Shown here: positions 1 to 12,308 of the stretch, in pieces
Layout of the letters: each line of letters opens with the position of its first letter
Position numbering within the stretch: position 1 is the stretch's first letter
Assembly (NCBI GenBank): GCA_021432655.1
Contig: MU271231.1
Span: 1-64,000, forward strand
Origin: Atractiella rhizophila
Lineage: Eukaryota
DNA: 64,000 nucleotides
Direction of reading: 5' to 3'
Program-made: the position numbers and the translations under genes
Notes under the pieces: model-generated
Databases searched by the model: none
Told to the model about the DNA's origin: nothing
The model's input: only the letters and a program-made list of their open reading frames with translations

Positions 1-1159
1 GAAGTTGGAGAAAACTCAGGCATGTCGACTGGATGCTCAACGCCGCAGCGTAGAACTAGACAAATGGGCTACAGTAGACAACATATTATCCAAGGATGAT
101 CAAGGAACATATCTAATAAGCGCCGATGCGCCGTATTTGCACTTTCGGGCGTCCTTATTTGAAGAGTAAGGGGATTTTACATTTCTCGTCTGCAGACAAA
201 AAGAGGTCGTGGTTGCTACTGAGATTTGCTGGCGTTTAGGGCGGAAGCAATATTTACGGACCGAAGCAATGTCCCAGTTCTTCATCGATTTTGCAACTCC
301 GTGCTCAGGCATGTGGGAAATCAGAAGATCAGTGAGTTACAATCATGACAGAGCTGTGCCAAGAGATGCTGATGGTAGGTGACAGGTCAACATACCAGAA
401 GGATACTATTAGAAGTATAACCCTCACCACCAGAAGGGTCCAGCGAAATCGATCATCCTTTTTCTGCTTGTCACTTCCAGCTGTATCAACGCACGGGTAT
501 CAACCCAGATGAAATGGCTGAGGTCAGATACGATCGCATGCTTATCAAGGGGGAACATCAGGTATAAGTCACCATGACATGGGAAGACTACTTAACGATT
601 GTAATCTCAGATGGGCGTGTATGAGTCGCGCGAATTGCAAGAATTGAAGGCTAGGTTTAGGGCTATGGTCCAGCACCTAGAACCTTGCTGGAGTGCTGTT
701 GTCAGGAAGGTGAGCACATCACGTATTTGGTGACAAGACTTGATGGTATCATATCCATCAGCTGGAAGAACACTTCCCGGAACAAACTGAATCCATGAGG
801 GATCTATGGGATAATGTACCAGGGACCGTAGAAGGCTTAGGCCTAAGCGGCATATTCACCGGGGTGGTTCTCAACTACGGCGTCTCTACTTGGCTTCATG
901 TGGACAAAAGGATCATAAGTTGTGCGTAGTCATCCCCTTTCATGGTGGTGAACAGCTGGGAGGGTGGGAAGGTGGGGATCTTCTGCTGCCAGAGCAGCGT
1001 TTGAGATTAGAGCTGCTGGCTGGGCACCCGGTGACGTTTGCCTCGACGAAGATGCTCCACTGTAATATGGAGGTCAAGGGGTGGAGAGGATCAATTGTCC
1101 TGCAGTGTGATTCATACTTGGAAAGGGAATTGGGAGTTGATCCCCAGGTGCATGACTGA
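1..1159 (+). pseudogene. TET/JBP-like 2OG-Fe(II) dioxygenase, 5'-incomplete in window, frameshifted
   Basis: GIFTGVVLNYGVSTWLHVD (HxD at 897-905), then a 1-nt frameshift into DHKLCVVIPF..WEGGDLLLPE..LEL..GHPVTFAS..MLHCN..GWRGSIVL (distal H and R of the DSBH fold). GT-AG introns at about 562-610 and 710-761. Confidence 0.65.
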
Positions 1160-2399
1160 GGGTTATACTTTACTAGTAATGAACATTGAGTCCTTATATT
1201 CAACATCATCACCATAATCCAAAGTTACTGAACCTTTGTTGTACATGAGCAGAAACTACTTGAGACAGCTAGGAAGTGGAGACCAAGGTAGTGGGGATTG
1301 TGTGGGTACCTGACCTGCTGACCTGCAGTTGCTGTAAACAAACCTTAACCCTTCCAGATAAGATCTGGTGTCCCTAACCTGTAACATCAGCACATTTGTG
1401 GGCTAATATGTCTCTCTGGAAGCCAACTACCATGGATGCCTGAGAGTGAAAGACGATGCTCAGCTCATAGATCCACTCTGACTGCTCTAGCTAGCCTAGG
1501 TATATTCTAATTCCTTCCACCAGTGGATTGGCTCTGTCTCTTATTTGAGGTCATCTCCGATATGAAAGACCTGGTTTAGTTGGGGCATATTCAGGTACCA
1601 AGCTACGAGCCTCTGACTCACATCCATAACATAACATTTATCACAAACAAAGTTATCAAAGTTACTCCTCTTATGGCCAGCCTTGCCCTTTCCCAAGGAA
1701 ATTAAGACGATGGTGAGGAGGAACACTGGACGATTTGAAGTTTAATTGTCCGCCTCTCCCAATCCCTCCCCTCTGAATTCGCCCCAATAGTCTCCTCCAT
1801 ATACTCACTCCTCTTGTCATTTGCTTTGCGTTAGGCTTGTTGGACGGTTTTGTGAACAAACTAATGCTTTCAATGGAGATGGGGGATGGCTTCACATTGT
1901 ACCTTTCATTATGTCTTCGCAACAGCACGATCTGAACAATCTCGTCGGCAGCCCCATTTTAGTAAGAGTTGCACCCTCTCCTGCGTCAACCCCTCCCCAT
2001 GTCACAATGCGTTATACTGTCCCCATAACAGATAAAGTGCTCCTTATGTGGGGCTAATGACCACAATGCTCTATGTAAAGGCTCGGAATGCGAGATCCTA
2101 AACGAGGCAAGGACTTCTCATAGGATCCAGGTTGGCTCATCCCGCTTGCTATGAGAAATGAGTGCAGACCAGCTTTCCGAGTCATCATTTCTCCAACGAC
2201 CTAACGTCTTCAATTTCATCACCTTTTAATCTTTCTTCGAACCCTTCCTTTTCTTCTTCACCACCCTTACCTTCCCGGGCCCAATCCACCTTTTTCAACC
2301 CCTTTCTAGCCTCCTCTCTCTGGCAGACCGCAAGCCCTGACGAACTTTCTCATGTGGATAGCCCCTCTACGGACACCTCCATCCCTCCTCATCCTCCTC

Positions 2400-4648
2400 C
2401 CTCTCTATTCTGTGTGTTGCAATACAACATGCAGAAATCAGGCAGAAATTACCGGTCACCTTCCATTCTCTTCTCTCTACTACGCACTCTATCTACGATG
2501 TCCTGCTCCTCCAAGAACCCTATTTTACACCAGGCAACTCTCTCCCATGCTATCCTAATTGGTGTCGATTATCGTCCTCTCCATCGGCATGCTCCACCAT
2601 TCTAGTCAACTCAGCAACAATCGCCAGTTCCGCTGTCTCCCAGATAGTCTCCCCCACACCAGACATCTCTGCAATAAGAGTAGACCTCGCTTCACAATCC
2701 CTAATTTTCATCAATGTCTACAATGGTTCAGCACACTCCTCTGAAATCTTAATTGCCTTGTCAGATCTCATCCTTCAACAACAAAGGCTTGTCCCATATT
2801 CTTGTGGATCACTTTTCTATGTAGGCGGAGATTTCAACCTTCATCACGATCACTGGAACCAAGAAGGGTATGTCAGAAGGGATGTGAAAGCGGACGAGCT
2901 TCTTTCGTTAATGACAACTGCCGGCCTCGAGCTCAGATCAGAGCAAGGAGTAATCACATGGGCAGCAAGGGACTCAGAAACAGTAATCGTCCTGGTCTTC
3001 GTGAATCCGGAAATGGACAACTTGATAGATTGCTGCATCACCGACCACTCCAGAAAGGAACCATGGTTCTGACCACTTTCCCATTTTCACAGTACTCAAC
3101 CTAACGAAACCCAATCACCTAGAACAGAGGCTTCTCAACCTTCAAAAAGCTGACGGGAATCGAGTGAGGGAAGAGGCAGCAAGAAGACTCAAAGGGTACC
3201 GATTCAATCTTGACAGAAGATTGGAAACTGAGGAGGAAATCAACAATGCCACTGAGTTCCTGACGAAAGTGCGTCAAGAGGCGTTGGAGGTGTCAACTCC
3301 TAAAGTGAAGTTGTCAAGGTTTTCGAACAGGTGGTGGGATGCAGATCTAACAGCTCTCAATGCTCAAGCAAACAGGCACAGAAACAGATTCCAGAAGACC
3401 AAAAGAGATGAGGACTATGCTTTGTGGCAGAGTTCTCTTCAATCTTTTAGGCATGCGGTCAAAGCGTGGAAGCGCTCGCACTGGAATAATTTTCTAGCCG
3501 CCTTATGGACAGCGTCGTCGTACGCAAAGCATGAGAGCCGTGAGAGACAAATCCCGCCTCTCAAGAACCTCGAGGACGCTTTCACTCTCGACAATGAAGG
3601 CAAAGCGAGGGTATTTCATGACACCTTTAGCGCCATGCACCCCAACCCGGAGCTAGAGGACTCGGATCAAGATGGGTTAGACAACTCAATAGAAGTTGAC
3701 TTCGGAGCGATTGAGATTCAGGAGCTAGATGAATACATCAAGAGAGCAAAAAGGAAGTAGGCCCAGGGGACGATGGGATTTCAAACTGGGTCTTGAAGGA
3801 AACGTGGGAAGTAAGAAGGGAAGTCCTCTTCCATATAATAGATTCTTGCTTCTGCATAGGGTACTACCCACAGTGTTGGAAGGGCTTCTCAACAGCGATA
3901 TTGAGAAAGCCGAAGAGGCCCGACTACACAGTACCCAAAGCGTATCGTCCAATCGCACTGCTCAGGGTCCACGCTAAAGTTCCCGATGGGGCCTTAGCCG
4001 CGAAACCCGCTTACTTCACTGAGAAACACCATCTCCTTCCTGATCAACACTTTGTAGGGCGTGTGGGGAGAGGCACCACTGACGCCCTTATCCGTGGTAG
4101 AGTTCGTCATGGATGGCTGGAGGAAGGGCAAGTAACGGCTGCCGCTTTCCTAGACGTGAAAGGCGCATTTCCCTCAGTCATCCATGGTCAACTCCTCTCC
4201 AATCTCAGCAAAGCAGGAGTGGACAAACGTTTCTGCAAGATTATCCACTCTTGGCTCAACAGCCGTTCCACCTCTTATTCATTTGATGGGTTCACCTCGA
4301 AACAGCAACCAATCAGTATCGGGCTAGTTCAAGGGTCCCCTCTTTCTCCTATTCTTTATCTATTCTATAATGCTGCTCTGCTCCGATTGGCACACGCTCA
4401 TCATTCCCTTTAAGCGGGATTCATAGACGGCGTATCGTTCTTAACATGATCATCGTCAGTCACCATCGCGATTCGAGATTTAGAAGCGGTCTTGGACGAA
4501 GCGTAACTGTGGGGGAGAAGGCAGCGCCTGTTTGAGAGAGATAAAACTAAGTCTGTGCTCTTCACACGCAATCGCAATAAGATAACTACTTCACAGGCTT
4601 CGGTTCGGCGGCGAGATAATAGAGACGTCAGACAGCGCTACCCACCTT
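2400..4648 (+). mobile_element. Degenerate non-LTR retrotransposon (LINE, Tad1-like): AP endonuclease plus RT
   Basis: VLQYNMQKS and GGDFNLHHDHW (APE motifs); KPKRPDYTVPKAYRPIALL, FLDVKGAF, GLVQGSPLSPILYLFY and decayed FIDG (RT). Multiple stops and frameshifts; ends at the N gap. Confidence 0.9.
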
Positions 4649-4673
4649 NNNNNNNNNNNNNNNNNNNNNNNNN

Positions 4674-4734
4674 AGCATGTTTCCCATGTTTCCCAGGCAT
4701 TCAAACATGTTCCCGAAGTTTGCAAACATGTTTC
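4674..4734. repeat. AAACATGTTT(CC) satellite, left flank of Copia A1
   Basis: Same units as 9606-9844; adjoins the N gap at 4649-4673. Confidence 0.85.
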
Positions 4735-4934
4735 TGTTAGTTGTAGTGTGTTGTTTTGGTCATCTGCCTCTTATGACTCTTATGACTCGTATGAGTCATC
4801 ACTATATAGTTTAGTTCTGCCTAGGAGTGTTGGTGCTCATTATTGACCACCAACCACTCCTAGGTATGTCTCTCTATACTTCTCTAATGTGCTTATTATT
4901 GACCACCAACCACTCCTAGCCTTAGATCCTTACA
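4735..4934 (+). repeat. 5' LTR of Copia A1
   Basis: Direct repeat of 9406-9605; followed by the PBS. Confidence 0.97.
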
Positions 4935-4947
4935 TGGTAGCGAGAGC
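4935..4947 (+). promoter_or_regulatory. Primer-binding site, probably tRNA-iMet
   Basis: TGGTAGCGAGAGC directly after the LTR; an identical PBS follows the unrelated LTR at 36053. Confidence 0.8.
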
Positions 4948-5542
4948 TGGTGGCTAGGATTACACTTTGCCACACCCATCACCTTCCCCCTCCTCCAGAC
5001 CACATTTTCACCCTCCTGCACTCAAATTTCGCTCAATTTCGATGATCAAGACAGATCTGTGATCCTCAGACCTTCCTTTACCACCTTAGAAGGTGTCTGC
5101 TTACTCAGGAATCAAGAAATATCGAAATTTATCACCTTACCACCCATCTCCTGCTTCAAAACGCACTTTGCCACCCTGCACTCAAACTTTGACGAATTTG
5201 GACGTTATAGGGCTTATTTTGATCGTGAAACACTGCGCTACAACTTTACTAGGAACCATTTTGGTCACAATAAGCGAAAATTTCGAGATAGCCACTCCAT
5301 CACCTCCTTCATACCCCCAAAACGCATTTTTCGACTTTTTGAAGTCAGATCTGGTCTGATCTGGACATTTTATCGCCATTGGATTCACAATAGGCTATTC
5401 TACTATCCTACAACAGATCACCTTGATCAGAAGAGTCAAATTTTCGAAATTTGCCACCATCACATCATCATCACATCAGCCCCTATCACTCTTTCTGCAT
5501 CACATCAGGGGATCTTAGGACTCAACCACAGGGTCTAGGAGG

Positions 5543-8500
5543 ATGTTTGGGATGGAAATGGCTCTTAATGGGTTGGAATTTGCTGGGCTGAACAGTCTTG
5601 CTGCAGCAAATGATGTTACTATGCCTCAAGCAAGCCTTGAGTGGATAGCAGACACTGGTGCAACTTCCCACATGTCTCCCCATCGTCATTGGTTCAGAAC
5701 CTATCACAAGAAAGTTATTCCTATCAGGGTAGCAAGTGGAGAAGTAATTTGGAGTGCTGGGATTGGGAGCTTGATCTTTGAAGCCAAGTTGGGGGAGAAG
5801 AAGACCATCACCATCACCATCTCAGATGTCCTACATGTCCCCAAGCTCTACAACAACCTTTTATCAGTCTTCAAGCTTACCATCTACAAGGGAATGAGGG
5901 TCTCCATCAAGCACAACAAGGTTCTCTTCTTCCAGCATCAAAAACTCTGCCTTACTGCCACTGTGGACTACAAGAATGGAAGCATGGCTGGGATACTTGA
6001 TGGGAACACCCTTCCTGCTCCAGAATTCGCTGGGAATGCTTCTACACTGCCCATGGATGCTTCTCTATGGCATAGGAGACTTGGACACCTGAATTATGAG
6101 GACATCAAGCGTCTGAAGAGGAAGGAACTTGTGAATGGGATGATTTTGGACTTGGAGGATGATCCAGACCCTATTTGCGAGCCATGCCTAGCTGGGAAGC
6201 AGCACAGGGTCTTCAACAAGTCAGCAGAGACCAGGGAGAAGGAAGTACTGGGTAGGATCAGCTCAGACCTGCATGGACCTCTTCCAGTCACTTCCAGAGA
6301 AGGATATCGATATTGGGTCACCTTCATCGATGAAGCAACAAATCATTGCACAATTGCCTTCCTCAAGAAGAAATCAGAGGCCCCAGAACTCTTCAAGACC
6401 TTCAAGAATTGGGTAGAGAATGTTACTGGGAAGAAGATCAAGAAGTTTAGAGAGGACAAGGAAGGCGCTTATTCCTCTAAGGAATTCGATCAATACCTCA
6501 AGGCCTGTGGTATTCAGCGCGAACAGACGATCAGGAACTCTCCTCACCAGAATGGCAGGGCAGAACGAGCTAATAGGACGATTCAGGAGACTATGGTCGC
6601 CATGTTTGAAGAATCTGGGCTTCCTCTCTTTCTCTGGCCATCTATCGCTTCAGCAGTTGTCCACATTCGCAACAGATCTCCCTCAGCTTCAATCAACCAT
6701 GCTATTCCCCACACGAAACTCACTGGACTTACTCCAACCATCTCAAGATTCAGAATCATTGGATGCACTGCCTACGTTCAAGTTCAGAAGGATGAAAGGC
6801 CACACAGCTTAGGATCTCATACTCGAAAATGCGCATTTATAGGCTATTCCCTTGCAGCGAAAGGGTGGGAGTTCTGGGATCCTGTTGCAAAGAAGGTCTA
6901 CGTTCGAGATGTTGCCAGATTTGATGAGAGAGAGATGCTCTGCAAGGTCAGGAAGGAGAAGATTACGTTGGAAGAGCCACAGGGACCACTTGATGAATGG
7001 AAGGAGCGTCAGGATCAGGTGGGAGATGGACAGAATAATGCTCCAGCCGCTCCTCCAGCCAGGATTTCGCTAGACGACGATGAAGAAGAAGAAGAAGGAT
7101 GGATTCGACAGCCAGGAGCACCACCTACACCTCAGGACCAACCCAGACCACTTGGAATACATTCTCCAAATCGGTTTCAGCCCTACAGGTAAGAGAAGAA
7201 GAAGAAGAAGAAGAAGAAGAAGAAAGAGCCATCTCCAGATCCGCTACAGCTTGTGCCTGAACGCCCTAGGACACCCCACCTCGTCAGTACACCATGCAGA
7301 GAGATCCTTGGACAGGAGTTCATATGCCTACATTCTCAGAGTCTCCAGATCCACTCCAGATCCGCCCAACAACGCCAGATCAACCTCCTCCAGCAGCTTC
7401 GACACCTCCCCCTGTCAACAGGCCTTCAAGAATTTATTCTACGAGTAGAGGACGACCTGTAGACAGATTTAGGACCCCAGAAGCCCCTCAAAACAATGAA
7501 GAGTCAACAGACGAGCTTGGGATGTTGGTAAAGGAATGTGACGTACTCACTGAGCCAGAGGCGATGGAATATGGCTATATGCTTGTCACAGAGCATGCCA
7601 TGAGTGCAGCAACAGGAGTAGAGGTCCCTCAGTCATATTCAAGAGCGATGGCAAGCCCTAATGCGAAGGAATGGCATGAAGCGACAGTGAAGGAGATTCA
7701 ATCTCACTTGGACAACAAGAGTTGGATTCTGGTCAAACCGCCTAAAGGAGCAAAAATTGTTGGTTCTCGATGGGTGTTTGCGGTTAAGAAGAAGTCAGAT
7801 GGTTCTATTGAGCGCTTCAAGGCCAGATTCGTCATCAAGGGGTTCTCTCAACGCCCTGGATTCGACTACTTTGATACTTTCGCATCGACGGTCAAATGGG
7901 CGACACTTAGGACAATTCTTTCGCTCGCTTGTGTCTTGGACATGGAGTTGGAGTCAGTGGACATCTCTACGGCATTCCTTAACGGCGATATGGATGCAGA
8001 GGTCTATGCACAACAACCAGAAGGTCATCCACAGGGTCCTCCAGAGTACGTTCTCAAGCTAATCAAGGCCATCTATGGCACAAGGCAAGGAGGGCGTCAA
8101 TGGCAGAAGAAACTCGATAAGGAACTCATCGATATGGGATTTAAGAAGATCAAGAGCGACTCTAGTCTGTGGATTTACTCGAAGGGGGACATCAAAGTAC
8201 TTGTCCCGGTCTTTGTGGATGATATTACGATCGCTAGCACATCAAAGGGTGCTGTAGAGGACTTCAAGAGGGAGTTGGGGAAGCGATTCAAACTCAGAGA
8301 CCTTGGACCAACGGAATTCCTACTTGGGGTTCGTATTAGGAGGGATAGAAAGCGAAGAATGATGTGGTTGGATCAAGAACAGTATGTTAAGGACCTCCTA
8401 GAACGCCAACAGATGGACGATTGCAACCCTGTCCTCACTCCTCTCAACGTTGGACACGGTCTCAGCAAGCAGGACTGCCCTCAGACAAAGGAAGAACAAG

Positions 8501-9200
8501 AAGAAATGCGCACAATCCCTTACAGCAACGTTGTTGGCTCCATGATGTACTTGGCCATCTCCACTCGTCCAGATATCGCTCATGCAGTCTCTGTCCTTGG
8601 AAAGTACCTCTCTAACCCAGGAAAGAAGCACTGGGAAGCGGCCAAGCATCTTCTACGATACCTCAAAGGAACTCAGAACTTAGGAATTGAGTATTCTGCA
8701 GCTGGTTTTGACCTCAAGCAACCTTTTCACGCCTTCTGCGATGCAGATTTTGCTGGGTGCAAGGATACTGGACGTTCTACGGGAGGCTATCTCCTCAAGA
8801 TAGGCAACGGAGCGGTCAGTTGGAGCAGCAAACTACAATCCCTCGTTGCCCTTTCTACTACCGAAGCAGAATATGTCTCAGGAGTCTCAGCAGGTCAAGA
8901 AGTTGTCTGGCTAAGGAATCTTCTAGAAGAAATTGGCTTCGCTCCTCAAGGTCCTACAGCTCTCTTCACAGATAGCAGCAGCGCTCTACAGGTATCCAAG
9001 AACCCTGAGCACCATGGTCGAATGAAACACCTGGACCTTCGCTTTTATTGGCTCAGAGATGTTGTTGAGATGGGCAAGATCAGTCCAGTCTTCTGTCCGG
9101 GGCCAATATGCCAGCGGACCTCCTCACCAAGGCACTTCCAGTCGCCAGCGTGGACAAGTTTCGACTTATGATGGGTTTGCGCCCCTACCCAAGTGTCTGA
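5543..9200 (+). pseudogene. pol: Copia pol (protease, integrase, RT, RNase H) with a stop and frameshifts
   Basis: WIADTGATSHM; WHRRLGH..CEPC; SDLHGP..QNGRAERANRT; FKARFV..; VFVDDI; FCDADFAG..STTEAEY. Stop at 7190-7192 next to a GAA run; frameshifts near 7290 and 9100. Confidence 0.95.
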
Positions 9201-9405
9201 GGCAGTTATGGGGCGCAATAAAATTCCTTTCCTCCTCTGTGGGGTTATAAGACGCCGCTTTAAGCGGTACGAGGACTTTTCCTCTTCTTTTCATTGCAAA
9301 AAACTAATATGCTTTCTGCTTTATATCGAGTATACATTGTATGAATTCGGTGGGAGATTCTCTGGATGTGGTGGGAGCATCAAGAGACAGCTGCCCAGGT
9401 GGGAG

Positions 9406-9605
9406 TGTTAGTTGTAGTGTGTTGTTTTGGTCATCTGCCTCTTATGACTCTTATGACTCGTATGAGTCATCACTATGTAGTTTAGTTCTGCCTAGGAGTG
9501 TTGGTGCTCATTATTGACCACCAACCACTCCTAGGTATGTCTCTCTATACTTCTCTAATGTGCTTATTATTGACCACCAACCACTCCTAGCCTTAGATCC
9601 TTACA
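9406..9605 (+). repeat. 3' LTR of Copia A1
   Basis: Direct repeat of 4735-4934; followed by the GTTTC TSD. Confidence 0.97.
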
Positions 9606-10107
9606 GTTTCCCATGTTTCCCAGGATATCAAACATGTTCCCAAAGTTTGCAAACATGCTTCCGACTTTGCAAACATGTTTCCCATGTTTCCCAGGACTTC
9701 AGACACCTTCCCGAAGTTTGCAAACATGTTTCACATGTTTCCCAGGTATCCAAACGTGTTTCCCAGGATATCAAACATGTTTCCGAACTTTGCAAACATA
9801 TTTTCCACTTTGCAAATATGTATCCCACATGTCCCAGGTTTGCAGTGAGGATGGGCTAACATGTTTGGAAAGCTTGGAAACACGTTTGGAAAGATGGGAA
9901 ACACGTTTGGAAAGACAGGAAACATGTTTGCAAAGATGGGCAACGCGTTTGCAAACCTGGGAATGACGTTGCAAACGTGGGAAACATGTTGGAAACCTTG
10001 GAAACATGTTTGCAAACATGGGAAACACGTTTGCAAAGATCGGAAACTCCCGTGGAAAGTGGGAATGACGTTTCAAACCTGGGAAACACGTTTGCATAGA
10101 TTGGAAA
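9606..10107. repeat. Palindrome-core satellite (21-bp and 9-bp units around AAACATGTTT) in two opposed arrays
   Basis: Forward array 9606-9844, short spacer (GTGAGGATGGGCT), reverse-oriented and more diverged array 9858-10107. Confidence 0.9.
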
Positions 10108-11192
10108 TGAAAGCATTTGAGGCTAGAAGTAGTTGGTGGTCAATAATGAGCACCAACACTCCTAGGCAGAACCAAACTACATAGTGATAACTCATAAGAG
10201 TCTTAAGAGACAGATGACCAAAACAACACACTAAGACTAACACTCCCACCTGGGCAGCTGTGTCTTGATGCTCCCACCAAATCCAGAGAGTCTCCCACCG
10301 AATTTGTACAATTTATATTCAATATAAAGCACAAAGCATATTAGTTTTTGCCATCAAAGAAGAGGAAAAGTCCTCGTACCGCTTAAAGCGGCGTCTTGTA
10401 ACCCCACGCAGGAGGAAAGGATTTTTATTGCACCCCATAACTGCCTCATACACTTGGGTAGGGGCGCAAACCCATCATAAGTCGAAACTTATCCACGCTA
10501 GCTACTGGAAGTGCCTTGGTAAGGAGGTCTGCTGGCATATTGATACCCGGACAGAAGACTGGACTGATCTTGCCCATCTCAACAACATCCCTGAGCCAAT
10601 AAAAGCGAAGGTCCAGGTGTTTCATTCGACCATGGTGCTCAGGGTTCTTGGATACCTGTAGAGCACTGCTGCTATCTGTGAAGAGAGCTGTAGGACCTTG
10701 AGGAGCGAAGCCAATTTCTTCTTAACGAATCCGTAGCTAGACAACTTCTTGGCTAGCTGAGACTCCTGAGACGTATTCTCCTTTGGTAGTAGAAAGGGCA
10801 ACAAGTGATTGTAGTTTGCTGCTCCAACTGACTGCCCCGTTGCCTATCTTGAGGAGAGAGCCTCCCGTAGAACGTCCAGTATCCTTGCACCCAGCAAAAT
10901 CTGCATCGCAGAAGGCGTGAAAAGGTTGCTTGAGGTCGAAATCAGCTGCAGAATACTCAATTCCTAAGTTCTGAGTTCCTTTGAGGTATCATAGAAGATG
11001 CTTCGCTGCTTCCCAGTACTTCTTTCCAGGATTAGAGAGGTACTTTCCAAGTACAGAGCCTGCGTGAGCGATATCTGGACGAGTGGAGATGGCCAAGTAC
11101 ATCATAGAGCCTACTACATTGCTGTAAGGGATTGTGCACATTTCTTCCTATTCTTCCTTTGTCTGGGGGTAGTCCAGCTTGCCGAGACCATG
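10108..11192 (-). mobile_element. 5'-truncated Copia A2 (RT end, RNase H, 3' UTR, short LTR at 10108-10242)
   Basis: Reverse complement of about 8455-9605 with scattered substitutions; its LTR is 135 bp. Confidence 0.93.
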
Positions 11193-12308
11193 AGGGGCTG
11201 ATGTGATGACCTTCCAAGTCTTTCCTGATGTCAGAGTTGACAGGCTCGCCGTTGAAACAACAGCTGTACGTGTTGAAAGGTTTTACCTGGACAATTCAAT
11301 CAGCCATGATATGGAGAAACATTGTATTGGTCACATACCACACTTTCAACAGAGGTCCTTCCACGCAGAGCGGTTACTTGTGTATTTTTGGTTGGGGTTC
11401 CTGTGCATGCAGCCTGATCTCACGCATGTACACTCTTAACACTCCCTACCCCTAATCCAATTGAACAAGAAGAACAACTTACTAAAGATCCAATCTCAGG
11501 GCCGACAGGCTGTTCGCCATCGCCAGCGACAACACTGCTCCGTTGACTAGCTTCCTTCTCTGCATATTACTTTTCGAGTAGTGGAAGCTCTTGTAACCTT
11601 GACATTGCTGGAGATTTGCCGAACGTTGGCTTGCGCTGAAATGCGAGTCGAATACGAGGTGGTAGCAGGACGGGAGCGATGTCATTTGTCAAGAGGTCGT
11701 AGCTTTGAAGACGACTGGTGGCTTCTGCCGAGTGTTAAACGCTGCGAACCTCCCGAAGGTATCAAACGCAGTGGCGAGTCTGGTCCTGGACTTGACATGA
11801 GTAATGTCACAACTTGAATGAAAGAGAAATTGTGAGAGTTGAGATGGGATGGGACACACCTTTTTAAATCATTCATGAAGAATGTCACAGGAGAAGAATA
11901 TGATACTTGTGTGGCCTGCAGATTCAGAAAATTCTGTGATTGACAGATTGACGATGAGCATAGGAAGGTGGAAAAACTCTTCTTCTTGTATGAATGCGAC
12001 GAAGCATGCAGGTCTAAGCCGTAATACTGAGTCAGCGAATTTCTATGGTACTTCCGAAACTGAGCTTGTTTTAGTCCGTAAGACTGTATCGGCTAGTGTG
12101 GTCTTCTCAGTATCAGTGCGGGCTCGACAACTGTTTGTAACAGTTTTGTTAGTACAGTTTCATCCGTACCGAACTGTATTGGTGGGAGCACTGGAAACAA
12201 CCACGCTTTGCGTAAGTGGATGAAGTTTACGAATAGTATATTTAGTTGATGGATGTTGATAGCGGTTGATAGATGTCAACAAAAATTGCTGAACATAAGT
12301 GAGCAAAA

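Larger units (their letters stand above)
4735..9605 (+). mobile_element. Ty1/Copia LTR retrotransposon A1, full LTR-to-LTR, lacking gag
   Basis: LTRs 4735-4934 and 9406-9605 (TG...CA, 200 bp, 1 mismatch seen). GTTTC TSD at 4730-4734 and 9606-9610. PBS TGGTAGCGAGAGC at 4935. Purine tract before the 3' LTR. Domain order PR-IN-RT-RH. Confidence 0.97.

Noticed and set aside
7189..7295. Programmed frameshift or intron between integrase and RT (AG|GTAAGA plus GAA run)
   Set aside because: Another frameshift occurs in RNase H, so simple decay and microsatellite slippage suffice; no splice evidence.
9606..9844. AAACATGTTT matches the p53 half-site RRRCWWGYYY
   Set aside because: The context is fungal and no p53 is expected; treated as a coincidental palindrome.
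9560..10184. Repeat-protein ORFs (MFPKFAN / QTCFP) over the satellite, also at 27773-28206
   Set aside because: Open in several frames on both strands because the units are multiples of 3 and lack stops; interrupted by LTRs; no gene structure.
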